From Acidimicrobiales bacterium (GTDB taxonomy: Bacteria > Actinomycetota > Acidimicrobiia > Acidimicrobiales > Aldehydirespiratoraceae), in NCBI GenBank assembly GCA_965116965.1, contig OZ220743.1, positions 111,262 through 175,261 of the forward strand: a stretch of 64,000 nt of DNA. The letters run 5' to 3'. Below the pieces are notes generated by a model. That model had not been told where the DNA came from and ran no database searches. It saw nothing but the letters and a program-made list of their open reading frames with translations. Both the position numbers and the translations under genes were made by a program. Shown one piece after another: positions 1-10,444 of the stretch (position 1 is its first letter; each line of letters starts with the position of its first letter).

Positions 1-62
1 GCACTACTAAGGGGATTCAACAGGAACTCGGCAAATCACTAACCGGTCATCAGCTAACCCTA

Positions 63-1226
63 ATGATTGATGAGACTTCGGGTAGCAGGGCGCACTTAGT
101 AAGAGACCCCCGCAATGCTATCGCCTGGGTTGATCTGAGCCGCGTCCAGATGAGTCGTGGCCATGTATTAGCGGCCCGCAAGAGTATAGATGTTGCACTC
201 AGCTTAGCGCCACAGAACCGATTTATCCTTCGCGCTGCCGCTGCGTTCTATGCGGGCATTGATGACCCGGATAGAGCGGCGCATATTCTCGCGCCGGCTG
301 CCTCTGCCAGCAGTGATCCATGGATTATGTCGGCTGAAATCGCGGTATCCTCACTCTCAGGAGGAAAGTCTAGGTCGATCATGAAGGGGCGCTCTCAGTT
401 GCGTTCTGGTGTGTGGGACCAACGTTCCTTGTCAGAGTTGGCTTCTGAGATAGCAACGTTGGAAGCCAAGTCTGGCAAGGATAAGAGCGCCAAGAAGCTC
501 TTTGGTATGTCGCTGGTTGAGCCGACTGAGAATGCCGTAGCACAAGCTGCTTATGTATCTATGGATGAACCTACGCTCGTGCCCGATCATCTCTTGATTG
601 AAGGCACACAACATGCTTGGGGTGCTCATGAAGCGCAGGCGATACAGTCAGAGATGGGATCAGACTTTGCTGGTGCAAGCAGGCACTCGGTGGCTTGGTT
701 TGATGATCAACCCTTCTCGTTACGAGCAGCAACATACGCGTCCTACATTGCTGCATCTGGCACGGAAGACTGGCCGCGTGCTATTCACTTAGCGCACAGG
801 GGCCTGATGATACATAGAGAGAACTCACTACTCCTAAACAATCTTGCCTATGCCATGATCGAATCGGGTGGAGATTTGTCTATAGCACGCCGATTGATTG
901 ATCGATCAGAGAAGGGCAAAGATGCGATCACTTTCGCTGCTACTATCGCTGCAACCAAGGGTCTTCTGGAGTATCGCGTCGGCAATACCGCCGTAGGCCG
1001 TCGCTTGTATGATCTTGCGGCTGCCACCGCAAGGAAGGCGAAGGAACGCGACGTTGAGGCTAGAGCATTGGTGATGCACGCACGCGAAGTAGATAATCGT
1101 CGTGACGCCCTCAGGATGCTTGGGCGGGCCGAACGTATCAGCAGTGACAAGGATACAGTTCTGAAGCTCCTACTGGAGCGCGCAGAGAAGTCGATTCGCG
1201 CAGAGAAGTCGGATCGACAGAGTTGA
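63..1226 (+). CDS. TPR-like helical-repeat hypothetical protein (possibly 5'-partial)
   Basis: 387-aa ORF in a visibly less GC-rich patch. It contains repeated Ala/Leu-rich helix-hairpin stretches (AWVDLSRVQMSRGHVLAARKSIDVALSLAPQN; NNLAYAMIESGGDLSIARRLIDRS). The frame has no stop between nt 3 and the ATG at 63, so the true start may lie upstream of the window. Confidence 0.5.
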   Translation: MIDETSGSRAHLVRDPRNAIAWVDLSRVQMSRGHVLAARKSIDVALSLAPQNRFILRAAAAFYAGIDDPDRAAHILAPAASASSDPWIMSAEIAVSSLSGGKSRSIMKGRSQLRSGVWDQRSLSELASEIATLEAKSGKDKSAKKLFGMSLVEPTENAVAQAAYVSMDEPTLVPDHLLIEGTQHAWGAHEAQAIQSEMGSDFAGASRHSVAWFDDQPFSLRAATYASYIAASGTEDWPRAIHLAHRGLMIHRENSLLLNNLAYAMIESGGDLSIARRLIDRSEKGKDAITFAATIAATKGLLEYRVGNTAVGRRLYDLAAATARKAKERDVEARALVMHAREVDNRRDALRMLGRAERISSDKDTVLKLLLERAEKSIRAEKSDRQS

Positions 1227-1241
1227 CTTCTCTTGGCGTAC

Positions 1242-2393
1242 TCACGTCACCCTGCACGACTCCCGGTAGGAGTCCCGGTACGCAAGTTGGGCTTCGTCAT
1301 TTGCCAAGAACTCGGAGCCGACTGTTGCCCGGTTCGCTTCGAGTCGGGAGTTGGCGGTCTCATCGAATCTGAGCTTGTTTGCGGGTCTGGCGGCTTCGAG
1401 GCCGCTGTCGGCGTAGCGGCGATGCCTGTTCCAGTAGGCAGCGAGTACAACCTCTGCGACACCATCAGACTCGAAATTCTTGAAGGCTGCGAGGTCGCCA
1501 AAATGTGCATCGAAGGTGTCCCACGCACGGGAAGCTGCCACCAACTCGGATTCCTCCATCCGTTCATGCCAGGCCGTGTAGGTGATGCGATCCATCCCCT
1601 GAGCTAGCCGATCCATTCTCTCTGCTACTTCCTCTTCTATGCGGTCGCCTGTGTTGTGCAGGCTGATATCGGCATCGAACTGCTCGTCTTCCCTGATGAT
1701 CTGCTCGATCCAATCGACCACACCAGGAGCTAGCTCGGGAAACGCCACTGCGAGCCGTGTCTCCAACGTGTAGTTGAGGAGGTTCTTGCGCCGTTCGTCG
1801 TGCTCCTTCTCTGCGTCCCGGTGGACTTGCTGCGCTACTTCTACGGCTTCCTTCGCTTCCGCAATGTCCAGTTCGTCGGTGGCAGCAGCGAGCACGTCCT
1901 CGGCTGTTTGGAGTTCTGCTGCGGCTACATCAAGCGTCTCTGACGCGAAGTCGAAGCGATCCCAACGAATCTGCACCCTCCCGCACCACTCGAACCGGTC
2001 ACCCAACCGCTCCGGCTCGGGCACCGTCGTGGTCGTGGTCGTGGTTGTGGTGGCGACCGTCGTTGTGGTGGTGCTCTCCGGCTGGTCGGCTTGCTCCTGG
2101 CTTAGATTGGTCGTGGGGTCTTCCTGCCCCGCCTCAGGCTCCGAGACGGGATCAGGTTGCTCTTGCTGCTCTGCTTCCGGGATGGGGTCAGGCTCATCAG
2201 GAGGCTGCTGCTCAACCTCCGGGATGGGGTCAGGGGCGGCGGTGGTCTCCTGATCGGCTTCGGATGCGATGGTAGTCGTGGGGCTTGTGTCGGCTGTCTG
2301 TTCGGGCTGGGGGCTGTCATCACCCCCACAAGCTGTGGAAGCCAGAGAGACGACTAGGGCAGCTACTACGGGGCGGGCACGGAACGCTGGCAT
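1242..2393 (-). CDS. putative secreted lipoprotein with Thr/Pro/Glu-rich linker
   Basis: The N-terminus MPAFRARPVVAALVVSLASTACGG looks like a signal peptide with a lipobox-like Cys. It is followed by a low-complexity PEQ/poly-Thr linker and a roughly 250-aa acidic helical domain of unknown family. Confidence 0.6.
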   Translation of the reverse strand: MPAFRARPVVAALVVSLASTACGGDDSPQPEQTADTSPTTTIASEADQETTAAPDPIPEVEQQPPDEPDPIPEAEQQEQPDPVSEPEAGQEDPTTNLSQEQADQPESTTTTTVATTTTTTTTTVPEPERLGDRFEWCGRVQIRWDRFDFASETLDVAAAELQTAEDVLAAATDELDIAEAKEAVEVAQQVHRDAEKEHDERRKNLLNYTLETRLAVAFPELAPGVVDWIEQIIREDEQFDADISLHNTGDRIEEEVAERMDRLAQGMDRITYTAWHERMEESELVAASRAWDTFDAHFGDLAAFKNFESDGVAEVVLAAYWNRHRRYADSGLEAARPANKLRFDETANSRLEANRATVGSEFLANDEAQLAYRDSYRESCRVT

Positions 2394-2880
2394 GGTGGTT
2401 CCCTCCGGTGCGGGTTTGGGCGTTCGTGCCAGCGAATGCCTGTGACCGAGCCGAAGGGAACCATGGCGAGGCCCACCCGCGGTAGTCCCCGGTCACTGAT
2501 CAGGGGTTGGCATAACCCCCTGCATTCGCTGGCGAGCGGCACCGTAGCTGTACCTGCGGAAGGGGCGCAAGCTGCTTGGGGTGGACCGTTCGCCATGAAC
2601 GTGGTGGATGGGGCCGAGCATCACCTACATGTCGGCGGGGAGGGGTTCCTTTCCGGCGTGGTGTGGGGAGAGCATCAGGGCCTCCACAAGGGAGTCTCCG
2701 TTGCGCCACTAGGCACACAATTCAGACGCTCGCCAGCTCGGGCAGATTCGCTTTCGCGCCGCTCTGACCTCGGAAGACGTGCTCGGGAGATCATGCTGAA
2801 GTTGCAGTGCTGATCCTGGCAGGGCCAAAATCCGTTTCGCTATAGAGAAAATCCGTTGCAGGCCCTCATCGGTGACCCTT

Positions 2881-2908
2881 CAAGATCGTTGAAATCCCAA
2901 CGATCTTG
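2881..2908. repeat. perfect 10-bp inverted repeat (hairpin) in non-coding DNA
   Basis: caagatcgtt-gaaatccc-aacgatcttg. About 40 nt upstream is a second imperfect palindrome (agggcc...ggccct) containing two direct aaatccgtt copies. Confidence 0.5.
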
Positions 2909-3310
2909 GGACTTACACACCAACCCCACGAGGGCGGAGGGTGCGCGAATCACGGCGCGAAATGCGCTGTGAGGCCGCGATGTTGGGATCTGGAGGTTAG
3001 CGGGGCGCTGTTTGGGGTGTCGCTGGGCCGGTTGGGCGCTGTTGGACGTGTCGGCGCGCGGCGGTGTGGCGCGGGGGCGCGCTGGTTCCGTCTCGGTGTC
3101 GGTTTCGAGCCGGTTAGGCCGCTTGTTGGAGGGGTATGTCCCCCGCGGCGATGCGGTGCTTGCCGAACCAGCGGGTCATGTCCGCGCCGGTGTGTTCGTG
3201 GTGCGCCGCCAACGCAGTGACCAGAACATGGATTTGGTACGCGATCTTGGTGAAGTCGACTCTGTTGTGCCCCAGGGCGCGGCAGCGGCGGTTCCACAGC
3301 CTGGATTTGT

Positions 3311-4720
3311 GGCGCTTCGCGTTTGAGGTCGGAGTGGGGGCGGTAGGGGTCCCCGGCTGAACGCGAGGGATCCCCCAGAATCGGCGCTTCGCGACAGCCG
3401 AGATCTGGAGGATCCCTGTGGAGTGCGACCCTACGCGTGTGTGCGAGCTGATGTTGGGACTGGGCGACGTGGAGGTGCTCGGCGTCGAGGGCGAGGCCGG
3501 TGCGCCGCTGCGGGTGCGTGTGCGGCTGCGGGTGCCGAGGCCGGGCTGTGTGGGCTGCGGCGGGCGGCCGTGGTCAAACGGCGACAGCCGGGTGGAGTTG
3601 GTGGACCTGCCGGCGTTCGGGCGGTCTGTGCGGCTGGTGCAGCAGGCGGCGGTGGCGTTGCGGTGACTGCGACTGCGAGGCGGGCACCGTCACCGAGCAG
3701 GACCCGCGGATCGCGCCCGAGCATGGGAGGCTGACGACGCGGGCGGGACGTTGGGCGACGCGCCAGGCCAAGCTGGGCCGCACCGTGGCGGAGGTCGCCG
3801 ACGAGCTCGGGTGCAGCCGGCACCCGGTGAACGCCTCGGTGCGGCGCTGGGGCGAGGCGCTGCTCGAGGCCGACACTGAGCGCATCTCAGCCGTCGTCGC
3901 GCTGGGGCTCGACGAGCACCTGATGTGGCGGCGGGGACGGTCCCGGACCAAGGCCTGGGCCACCGGCATCGTCGACGCGGGCGGGCCAGCTGTTGGACAT
4001 AGTCCCAGGCCGCACCGCCAAAGCACCCGCAGCGTGGCTGCTTGAGCGGCCCCGCAGCTGGTTGGCCGGCATCCGCTGGGCTGTTCTGGACCTCTCAGGC
4101 CCCTACCGCACGGCCTTCGACACCGCGGTGCCCGACGCGGCCCAGGTCGCGGACCCGTTCCACGTCGTGCGGTTGGGCAACACCGCCCTCGACGAGGTCC
4201 GCCGTCGTGTCCAGAACCAGACCCTCGGGCACCGCGGCCACAAACACGACCCGCTGTATCGGGCCCGCAAACTGCTGGTGTCCGCGTCCGAGAAGACCAC
4301 CGACTCCGGACGCGTCCGGCTGCGGGGCCTGCTCGACGCCGACGACCCCTACGGCGAAGTCAAAGACGCCCGGCACCGCTGAAGAAACCCTGCGCAGCAT
4401 CTATGACATCAACGACGCCGAAGTGGGCGCCGCGACCGTGAACCAGCTCGCCAAGGACCTCCAGGACCCCGGCCTGCCGCCCGAGGTCAACCGGCTCGGC
4501 CGCACCCTGTGGACCTGGAAACACCAGATCGCCAACCGGCACACCGCCAAAGTCACCAACGCCGCTGCCGAAGCCGCCAACAACCTCGTCAAACGCGTCA
4601 AACGCGCCGCCTTCGGGTCCACTGACTTCGCCAACTACCGAATCCGAGCCCTCCTCTACGCCGGCAGACCCAACTGGACACTGCTCGACACCCTCACCCC
4701 GACCTGAAACGCGGAGAGCC
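3311..4720 (+). mobile_element. degenerate ISL3-family insertion sequence
   Basis: Imperfect terminal inverted repeats: ggcgcttcgcgtttgaggtcgg (3311-3332) against the reverse complement of 4699-4720, ggctctccgcgtttcaggtcgg (19/22). They enclose the ISL3-type transposase reading frames. No matching 8-bp target duplication is seen. Confidence 0.75.
3418..4707 (+). pseudogene. ISL3-family transposase, broken by at least three frameshifts
   Basis: Transposase-like segments are spread over several frames. Examples: the N-terminal Zn-finger region CVGCGGRPWSNGDSRVELVDLPAFGR; LGLDEHLMWRRG; AVLDLSGPYRTAFDTAVPDAAQVADPFHVVRLGNTALDEVRRRVQ; and the C-terminal NRHTAKVTNAAAEAANNLVKRVKRAAFGSTDFANYRIRALLYAGRPNW. 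Confidence 0.85.
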
Positions 4721-5165
4721 CGATATCTTGCATGTGATTGCGCACGCAGATCACAAGGAACTCGATGTCGGTATCGCGAAGAAGCGCGTCAAGCATCTGA
4801 ACTCGAACGACAAGCAAAGTCGGGCAAGAGAGTAGCTCCGATTGTCATCTCTACCGCGTGTAGCTTCCAGAGCAGCGCGTGGCAGTCTGCATTTCGCACT
4901 GCGGGAGCTCGGCTGCTGATTGGTGCCAGAGGCAAGGTGTCGCTAACGAATGTTACAGCTTTTGACATGTCATTTTATGGCACCTTGCTGTCGTGTGTGT
5001 ACAAGGGTCATTCGACCGAGTACCGTGTCCGCGAGTCCTTCAAGCTAGCCAGGAACCACTACAACGCCATTCATGCTCACGGGGGACGGCCCCCGGCATT
5101 CACTATGGTTCAGCTGTAGTCATTGGATTCCGGCCAACACAAGCGGGCTCCTCCAACGATGGGAG

Positions 5166-5885
5166 TCAGGTCGTCTGCTTCCGGAACAGGCTCCGTCGAC
5201 GGGGTCTCGGTTCGCGGCGCCGTCGGAGGGCGAGGAACACTGACCCGCACGGCTCGTGGTCGAAGAACTCGAGCACGCCCTTCTGGGGGTGATCCTTGTC
5301 GACCGTCCAGATCGACTTCTGCTTCCACGCGTCGGCGGAATCACTCGCCTGCTGGCGATGCTCGGGCAGGAACACCAGAGAGACCTCCGTCTGGAAGGTC
5401 TCCGCGCCATCGCCCGGCTCTGGTCGGTAGCCGCCGACCCAGGCTTGGCCGGTGCTGAACACGGGAGCCATGAAGATGACCCACTCGCGGAACAGGCGCT
5501 CCTCGTCAATTGGAATCCCGGCGGCCTCCTCATCCCGCTCTGGGGAGACGACCCAAGTGACCGGGAGGTCCGTGCCTGGGAGCGCGACGCAATGGTGGCC
5601 GTCGTCGGGCGTCGCGAAAGTGTCCGTCTCGTCCAGTGTCGGCGAGAACGTGAAGCCTTCGCTGCATTCGACGGCGGCCATCTCGTTGAGCAGCCTTGTG
5701 ATCGGCACCGGTCCGGCAGGCGTGGGCGGCGGCGCGAGAAGGCCCAGTTCGGCCAGGGCTCTGACGGTTGCTTCTGCAATGTCGTTGGGGAACGCCGCTG
5801 CTTTGGCCTCATCGTCTTGGGCCTGCACGGCCAACTCTTGCGCGACCTCGACGGCGCGACGGCAGTCGCCAGGCACCTGACCCAC
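5166..5885 (-). CDS. hypothetical protein
   Basis: 239-aa ORF with ordinary amino-acid composition, unlike the Arg/Pro-rich antisense frames around it. No family recognised. Confidence 0.5.
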   Translation of the reverse strand: MGQVPGDCRRAVEVAQELAVQAQDDEAKAAAFPNDIAEATVRALAELGLLAPPPTPAGPVPITRLLNEMAAVECSEGFTFSPTLDETDTFATPDDGHHCVALPGTDLPVTWVVSPERDEEAAGIPIDEERLFREWVIFMAPVFSTGQAWVGGYRPEPGDGAETFQTEVSLVFLPEHRQQASDSADAWKQKSIWTVDKDHPQKGVLEFFDHEPCGSVFLALRRRREPRPRRRSLFRKQTT

Positions 5886-6043
5886 CTGTCAGTCGCTCCG
5901 GGTATTGGGCGCGGGGGACTCGCGGCGGGGACGAGGATGCATGTTCTCGCCGGGGTCAGCCAGGAGAGCGATACACGGCGCAGCGCTTGGAGTCGCCCGC
6001 GTGCCGACGACCGAGTGCCGAGACTGACAACGTTGTAGGGGTA

Positions 6044-6547
6044 TCAGCCAGCGGCGGGCTTGACGCGAGCCGGCGCTGTCCGCGGTCGGGGCGCGGCGAG
6101 CGTCTCCTCGGCCTCGGTCTCGGAAACGCCGTTGGCCCCGACGGGATCCGGGCTGAATGTTCCCAGTGACGCTTCGGCAGGAGCGATGGGCTTGGGATTC
6201 AGATTGTCGAGCACTTCACGCAGGCGCTCCTTGCGATCCTCTGGGACAGTGGGGTCGGCAATCAGGTCCTCGATGGCCCGCGCCCTGTACGCCTCGCGCT
6301 GATCGGCGTTGCCCCCGCGAGCCCCCATGAAGTTCTCGCACGCGCGCATGAGTTCGTCGTCCTGATGGCCGGCCGTCCCACCGTCCTCGGCCATCTCCGG
6401 ACGCATGTACGCGGGCATCGTGGGGTCGAGGCGCAGCACCCGCTGGGCGGCGAACCTCACACGGATGTGAGCGAGCCTCAACAACCGGAGCCGCGGATGA
6501 AGAATCATCGGCGGCGGCTCTCCGTAGACATTGCGCAGAAGTCTCAT
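6044..6547 (-). CDS. hypothetical protein
   Basis: The internal ATG at 6547 (MRLLRNVYGEPPP...) starts the protein-like part of ORF 6044..6778. The upstream extension is Arg/Pro-rich junk. No family recognised. Confidence 0.4.
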   Translation of the reverse strand: MRLLRNVYGEPPPMILHPRLRLLRLAHIRVRFAAQRVLRLDPTMPAYMRPEMAEDGGTAGHQDDELMRACENFMGARGGNADQREAYRARAIEDLIADPTVPEDRKERLREVLDNLNPKPIAPAEASLGTFSPDPVGANGVSETEAEETLAAPRPRTAPARVKPAAG

Positions 6548-7578
6548 GAGCGTCTTCTCCTGGTCGGGTTGGGGTCGGGCGTGCGTCCATGGCAAGAAAC
6601 TTGCGGTGGGCGCGGCGGCAGGCGGCTCTCCTGACGGGGCTTCCCCAATGGGACGGTGCCTGCAATTCTGGGTCGGGTGGCAGCCTGATCCACCGCGGCC
6701 ACAACGCGCGGCTGCTCGAGGCTCCGTGTCGAGGCTGCGAGGCGGTAACGGGTGCCAGTGCTCCCTAGTGGGCGGCACGATGGGGTGTTCGGAGAGGCTT
6801 GAAAGAGGTGAGCAGCGGTGTCGAATGGCATCACTGCCGCACGACGCGCTCCTGTGAAGGCTGCATCGGTTGGTCTCCTCTCGCTGGCGGGACGCTGGCG
6901 AACCGCCAACGCCCTGCGCTCCCGAATGCTACGGGAAGGTGCCAGGCTAAATCGTGGATACGTCGACCACAAGTCCGCGGCCGCCAAGCCGCCGGCACCT
7001 CCCGATCGCAAGGCCCCACATGGGCGTGCCCATTCCACACTGATTTCATGGCCGCCAACCGGCAGTCGTGTCGGCGACCGTTCCGGTCGGCCATCCCGCC
7101 TGGGGATGACGGCCCGCCAATCGCGCCACGCGTTTGGGCCTGTGACCTGGGCTCTCGCACCACACAGGCCAAGAAAGCGTTCCAGGATTTCGCGAAATCC
7201 GTTCCAAGTCCCTCCTAACTCAAGCCGCTGACCTCGGCGTTTGAATTTCGCGCATGTCCCACGAGGGCAGCGATTGTGCGGGATTGTGTGCGGGATTGGC
7301 CGCTGACCCGCACGTGGGTGTGCTGAGGGTAGTCGAAGCCGCTGTCGGGGCCTGATCGGCTCTCCAAAGGCGCGTTTGGCGGCGCTCGACGCGTGTTGGG
7401 GCGCGCCGAACTGGCGGTGTCCGCTTGGTGGAGCGAGCTATGCGGCTATGGGGACTGGTTCGTCGCCTGCTGGTAGCCGCTGGATGCGGACGGGTCCGGC
7501 GCGTGGCTGCCGCGGGGTGAGCAGCGGGCCGCTGGCGGCTGCGGTGCGTTCGTCGTAGGCGGTCTTGGCTGCGGTGAG

Positions 7579-8433
7579 TTACAGGATGCAATAGGTCAAG
7601 ATGTTGAGTCGGGAGTGGTCGTGTTGGCTGGTGCGTAGCCGGGCGGGCTTGAATGGCAGCAGGTCCTTGATGTGGGAGTTGGTTGATTCCACGTCGGGTC
7701 GCAGGCCGCGTATGCGGGCGTATCTGGGGTCGGATGGGGCGATGCTGCGAGAGGCGCGGGTGCGGCGCTTGTGGGGTTTGGCGTTGATTTCTGTGTGGGT
7801 GCTGTTGAACGGGATGATGGCCTGCGCGCCGATGAGAGGCGTCGGGACTAGGGCGTTGTCGGGCATCTCGAACAAGCCGTAGATGGTGTAGCCGTCTTTG
7901 CGGGCGACGCGTTTGCGTTGCTTGCAGTCCAGCGGCACATAGCAGGCGTCGCCGTTGACGTCGGGGAAGACCACGACGGCGGAGCCGGCTATGGCGATCA
8001 CGGTGTGGTAGCTGATGGCGCCGGTGGTGGTCTTGAAGTTGTAGGCGCCGAGATTGGCGGCGGCGTGGTTGCCTGCGGAGGTCTTGCTGGTCGGAACGAC
8101 GGGGTGTTTGCCCCGGTTGAGGATCCGGTCGACGAGCTCTGAGTCCGCGGCTCCGTCATAGACGAGGCCGTGCACGAGTGCGTCGAGGGCCGGGAACTTG
8201 TCGAGGAGGTCGATGTAGCGGTCGCCGCACACGTCGCCGTTGAGGAACCGTTTGCGGGCCCGCATGTGCTGGTAGCGGCTCGGGGCGTTGGCCGACAGGC
8301 GCCGGTTCGGGTCGTCGGGGTACGCCTCCTCGACCGCGTCGACAAGGCGCTGCCAGTTCTTGGGGTCCCGATAGAGGTTGTTGTGAGCACCAAGGAAGGT
8401 CTTGTACACCCACGACGCCGCCTCGAACAACAT
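7579..8433 (-). CDS. DDE-transposase-like protein (probably incomplete)
   Basis: The C-terminal RPDVESTNSHIK fits the R-x3-E-x6-K part of the Y-R-E-K signature of IS4/IS5/IS1380-type DDE transposases, followed by RLNILTYCIL. No other domain recognised. Confidence 0.4.
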   Translation of the reverse strand: MLFEAASWVYKTFLGAHNNLYRDPKNWQRLVDAVEEAYPDDPNRRLSANAPSRYQHMRARKRFLNGDVCGDRYIDLLDKFPALDALVHGLVYDGAADSELVDRILNRGKHPVVPTSKTSAGNHAAANLGAYNFKTTTGAISYHTVIAIAGSAVVVFPDVNGDACYVPLDCKQRKRVARKDGYTIYGLFEMPDNALVPTPLIGAQAIIPFNSTHTEINAKPHKRRTRASRSIAPSDPRYARIRGLRPDVESTNSHIKDLLPFKPARLRTSQHDHSRLNILTYCIL

Positions 8434-8460
8434 GATGTACCGTGGGGTTCAGGCTCCGGC

Positions 8461-9057
8461 ATGGCCATCAGCAACGGCGAAGGCCCTGGCTACGTGTTCT
8501 GCATCCGGGTCGGCGACTGGCCACAACCAGTGTTCCGCTACGTCACCCTCGCTGACCCCGACAACCCCCAGACAATCTCTGACACGCTCGCCTGTCTCGA
8601 CCGCGCACACCCCGCCGCCGGCTTCGACACACCACGGATGCTCAGCGAAGACACCCACCGAGGCCTCTTTGCCGCCTGGCCCCTGGCAGCCGCCGACGTG
8701 CTCGCGCGATGGAACCACCTAGCCGACAAAGCCAACCTCGAACCGCGGCTACCGGCCGCGCTGATGAGAGCAGCCGACATCGTGCGCGACCACGCCCCCG
8801 ACCGTCTCACACAACAGGAGATCGACCGGGCCGTCGACACGCTGTATGCCCCATACCCCGAACGCACCCTACGCAGCTTCCGGACAGCGATGAACTCCAG
8901 CGCTGAACCCGCCGAGCAGGCAGAACTCATCCTGGGGGTCATCCGCGACCTCGGCCTTGAGCCCTACACACCACCAGAGCCGCTGCCGGAGATCACCGAA
9001 GACGACATCCATCTCGTCTGTTGGCTCGCGCTATCCGCACAGGGCGAAGAGCCATGA
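8461..9057 (+). CDS. hypothetical protein, possibly the C-terminal remnant of a larger protein
   Basis: The ATG at 8461 lies 27 nt from the divergent start at 8433, and the ORF upstream of it is antisense to the neighbouring gene. The protein ends ...PPEPLPEITEDDIHLVCWLALSAQGEEP. Family not recognised with confidence. Confidence 0.4.
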   Translation: MAISNGEGPGYVFCIRVGDWPQPVFRYVTLADPDNPQTISDTLACLDRAHPAAGFDTPRMLSEDTHRGLFAAWPLAAADVLARWNHLADKANLEPRLPAALMRAADIVRDHAPDRLTQQEIDRAVDTLYAPYPERTLRSFRTAMNSSAEPAEQAELILGVIRDLGLEPYTPPEPLPEITEDDIHLVCWLALSAQGEEP

Positions 9058-9247
9058 GGCCAGGGCGTGAGAGCGAGCCAGGCACCGAGAGGATCCCGGC
9101 CGGATTCGATCCCCGGCGGTGATTGGCTCCAACGCCCCCGGGGTGTCAGCACCAGACTGGCTTGGCGAGCGGCCCTGTTGATCATCCGCCCGTCGACGGC
9201 TCAGAAGGCCTCAGCGACAAGGAAGGTCAGATACAGGGCCATGAACA

Positions 9248-9466
9248 TCAAGGGCACCTTCCGTTCGACCCACCCCAAGTCCCTGTACTTGCCCCACCAC
9301 GGATGCGGCGCCTTGCCTCAGCCTTCCATCCGGGCGTTGCCTCCTTTATCGACCAGTCCGCTATCTCAAACGGCGAGTCAGGCATCCTCGCTTGGCCGAC
9401 GAGGGCGTCCTTCAGTTCGCTGTCGTGGTCGTAGTCGAAACTGATGAAGACGCGTTGCCTGCCCAC
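9248..9466 (-). pseudogene. truncated TIR-like (DUF1863/MTH538-type) domain fragment
   Basis: The N-terminal RVFISFDYDHDSELKDALVGQARMPDSPFEIADWSIKE matches the VFISF..D beginning of TIR-like domains. Only 72 codons remain and the tail is nonsensical. Confidence 0.5.
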
Positions 9467-9721
9467 TTCCTCACCCTACAGAGACCACCTGACACCGGCG
9501 ACTAGCCCAACAGGCGACAACAACCGCCTCCTACGACGGCCGCTACCCTCCCGGGACTTCGACGGATCAGACATCTGACGCTCCTCTCACAACGCCACGA
9601 TCCCACCCCCAATGCTGCGTGATCAAACACCCCAAAACGGACACAATCCCAGACTCATTGCACTAGGTGTTTCTGGACATAGAGGTTGGTAGCTCCTTGA
9701 TGGGGTGAGCCTCCTGCATGG

Positions 9722-9846
9722 CGTGAGCGGGGCCGCGAGTTCCGGCTATACATCCAGCAATGGGAACAGCCCGCAACGGCGAGATCGAGATCGCCTACGA
9801 GACCTTCGGCTCGGGCGACGACCCTGCGCTGGTGCTGCTCCACGGC
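9722..9846 (+). repeat. direct repeat copy 1 (promoter-proximal region plus first 29 codons of an alpha/beta-hydrolase gene)
   Basis: About 90% identical over about 125 bp to 11185-11309 by manual alignment (about 13 mismatches). Confidence 0.85.
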
Positions 9847-9990
9847 CTCGGCTCGAGCATGCTCGTGTGGCCCGAGGAGATGTGCGCCGGGTTCGTCGAC
9901 CGCGGCTTCTTCGTGCTGCGGATGGACTACCGCGGCTCAGAACTGTCGACAGTGCTTGCCGACGGCGCCCGCTACACCCTCGACGACTGT
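9760..9990 (+). pseudogene. alpha/beta-hydrolase N-terminal fragment
   Basis: MGTARNGEIEIAYETFGSGDDPALVLLHGLGSSMLVWPEEMCAGFVDRGFFVLRMDYRG is a typical alpha/beta-hydrolase N-terminus. Recognisable similarity ends after about 77 codons. Confidence 0.65.
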
Positions 9991-10444
9991 CGTTCGGGTC
10001 GATCTGGCCTCCGCAGTGCGGGGCGGCGACCCCGATCACCCGCCAACGACGCGTTCGGCCCGCCCGGCGCCGCCTGCGCTGCCGGGCCCGACCTCATCAC
10101 CGTGTCGAGTTCGGAGCTCCCCATGCGGGACCGCTACCTGCACTCGAGCGACCAGCCCCTGCCCGAGGTGCAGCCGCGGTCCGCCGCAGCGGCCGCGGTG
10201 CGCGCCGCTACCTGAACCCGGGCGGCCAGACCCTGCTCGTCGCCCTCACCAGCGTGAGGCGACTGTCCGACGAGACGTCGAGCCTCCGGTACCCAAGAGC
10301 GGACCGCTGGGCCGCTTGACCGGTGCGCTGTGTCGTGATGGTTTGACCTTTGAGGTATGATCTCGTTCCAACAGGTCAATTTCCTGTCTCGAGCCTCGTC
10401 GATGTGGCCGGCTCCTCACGCAGCGCTGCGGAAGGAGCGGGCCC

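Noticed and set aside
2926-2975. An 11-mer cccacgagggc and a 9-mer gcgcgaaat are shared between 2926-2975 and 7243-7270. These might be the ends of a larger mobile element spanning 2.9-7.3 kb.
   Set aside because: The two motifs are in inconsistent relative orientation and spacing at the two sites, and the matches are short enough to arise by chance in 64 kb. No flanking duplication is present.
6550-7578. Several 100-165-aa ORFs on both strands in the 1-kb gap between the hypothetical gene and the transposase-like gene. The region also contains direct tgtgcgggattg repeats at 7270-7295.
   Set aside because: All the translations are Arg/Pro/Ser-rich and mutually overlapping, and none has a plausible start context or motif. 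The short direct repeats may be subterminal repeats of a decayed element, but I cannot define its ends.
9085-9120. A tRNA-like T-arm (ggccggattcgatccccggc) might mark an integration site near the TIR-like fragment.
   Set aside because: The stem would enclose a 9-nt loop. No acceptor stem, anticodon arm or D-arm can be drawn, and no CCA-proximal pairing is present. It is most likely chance GC-rich sequence.
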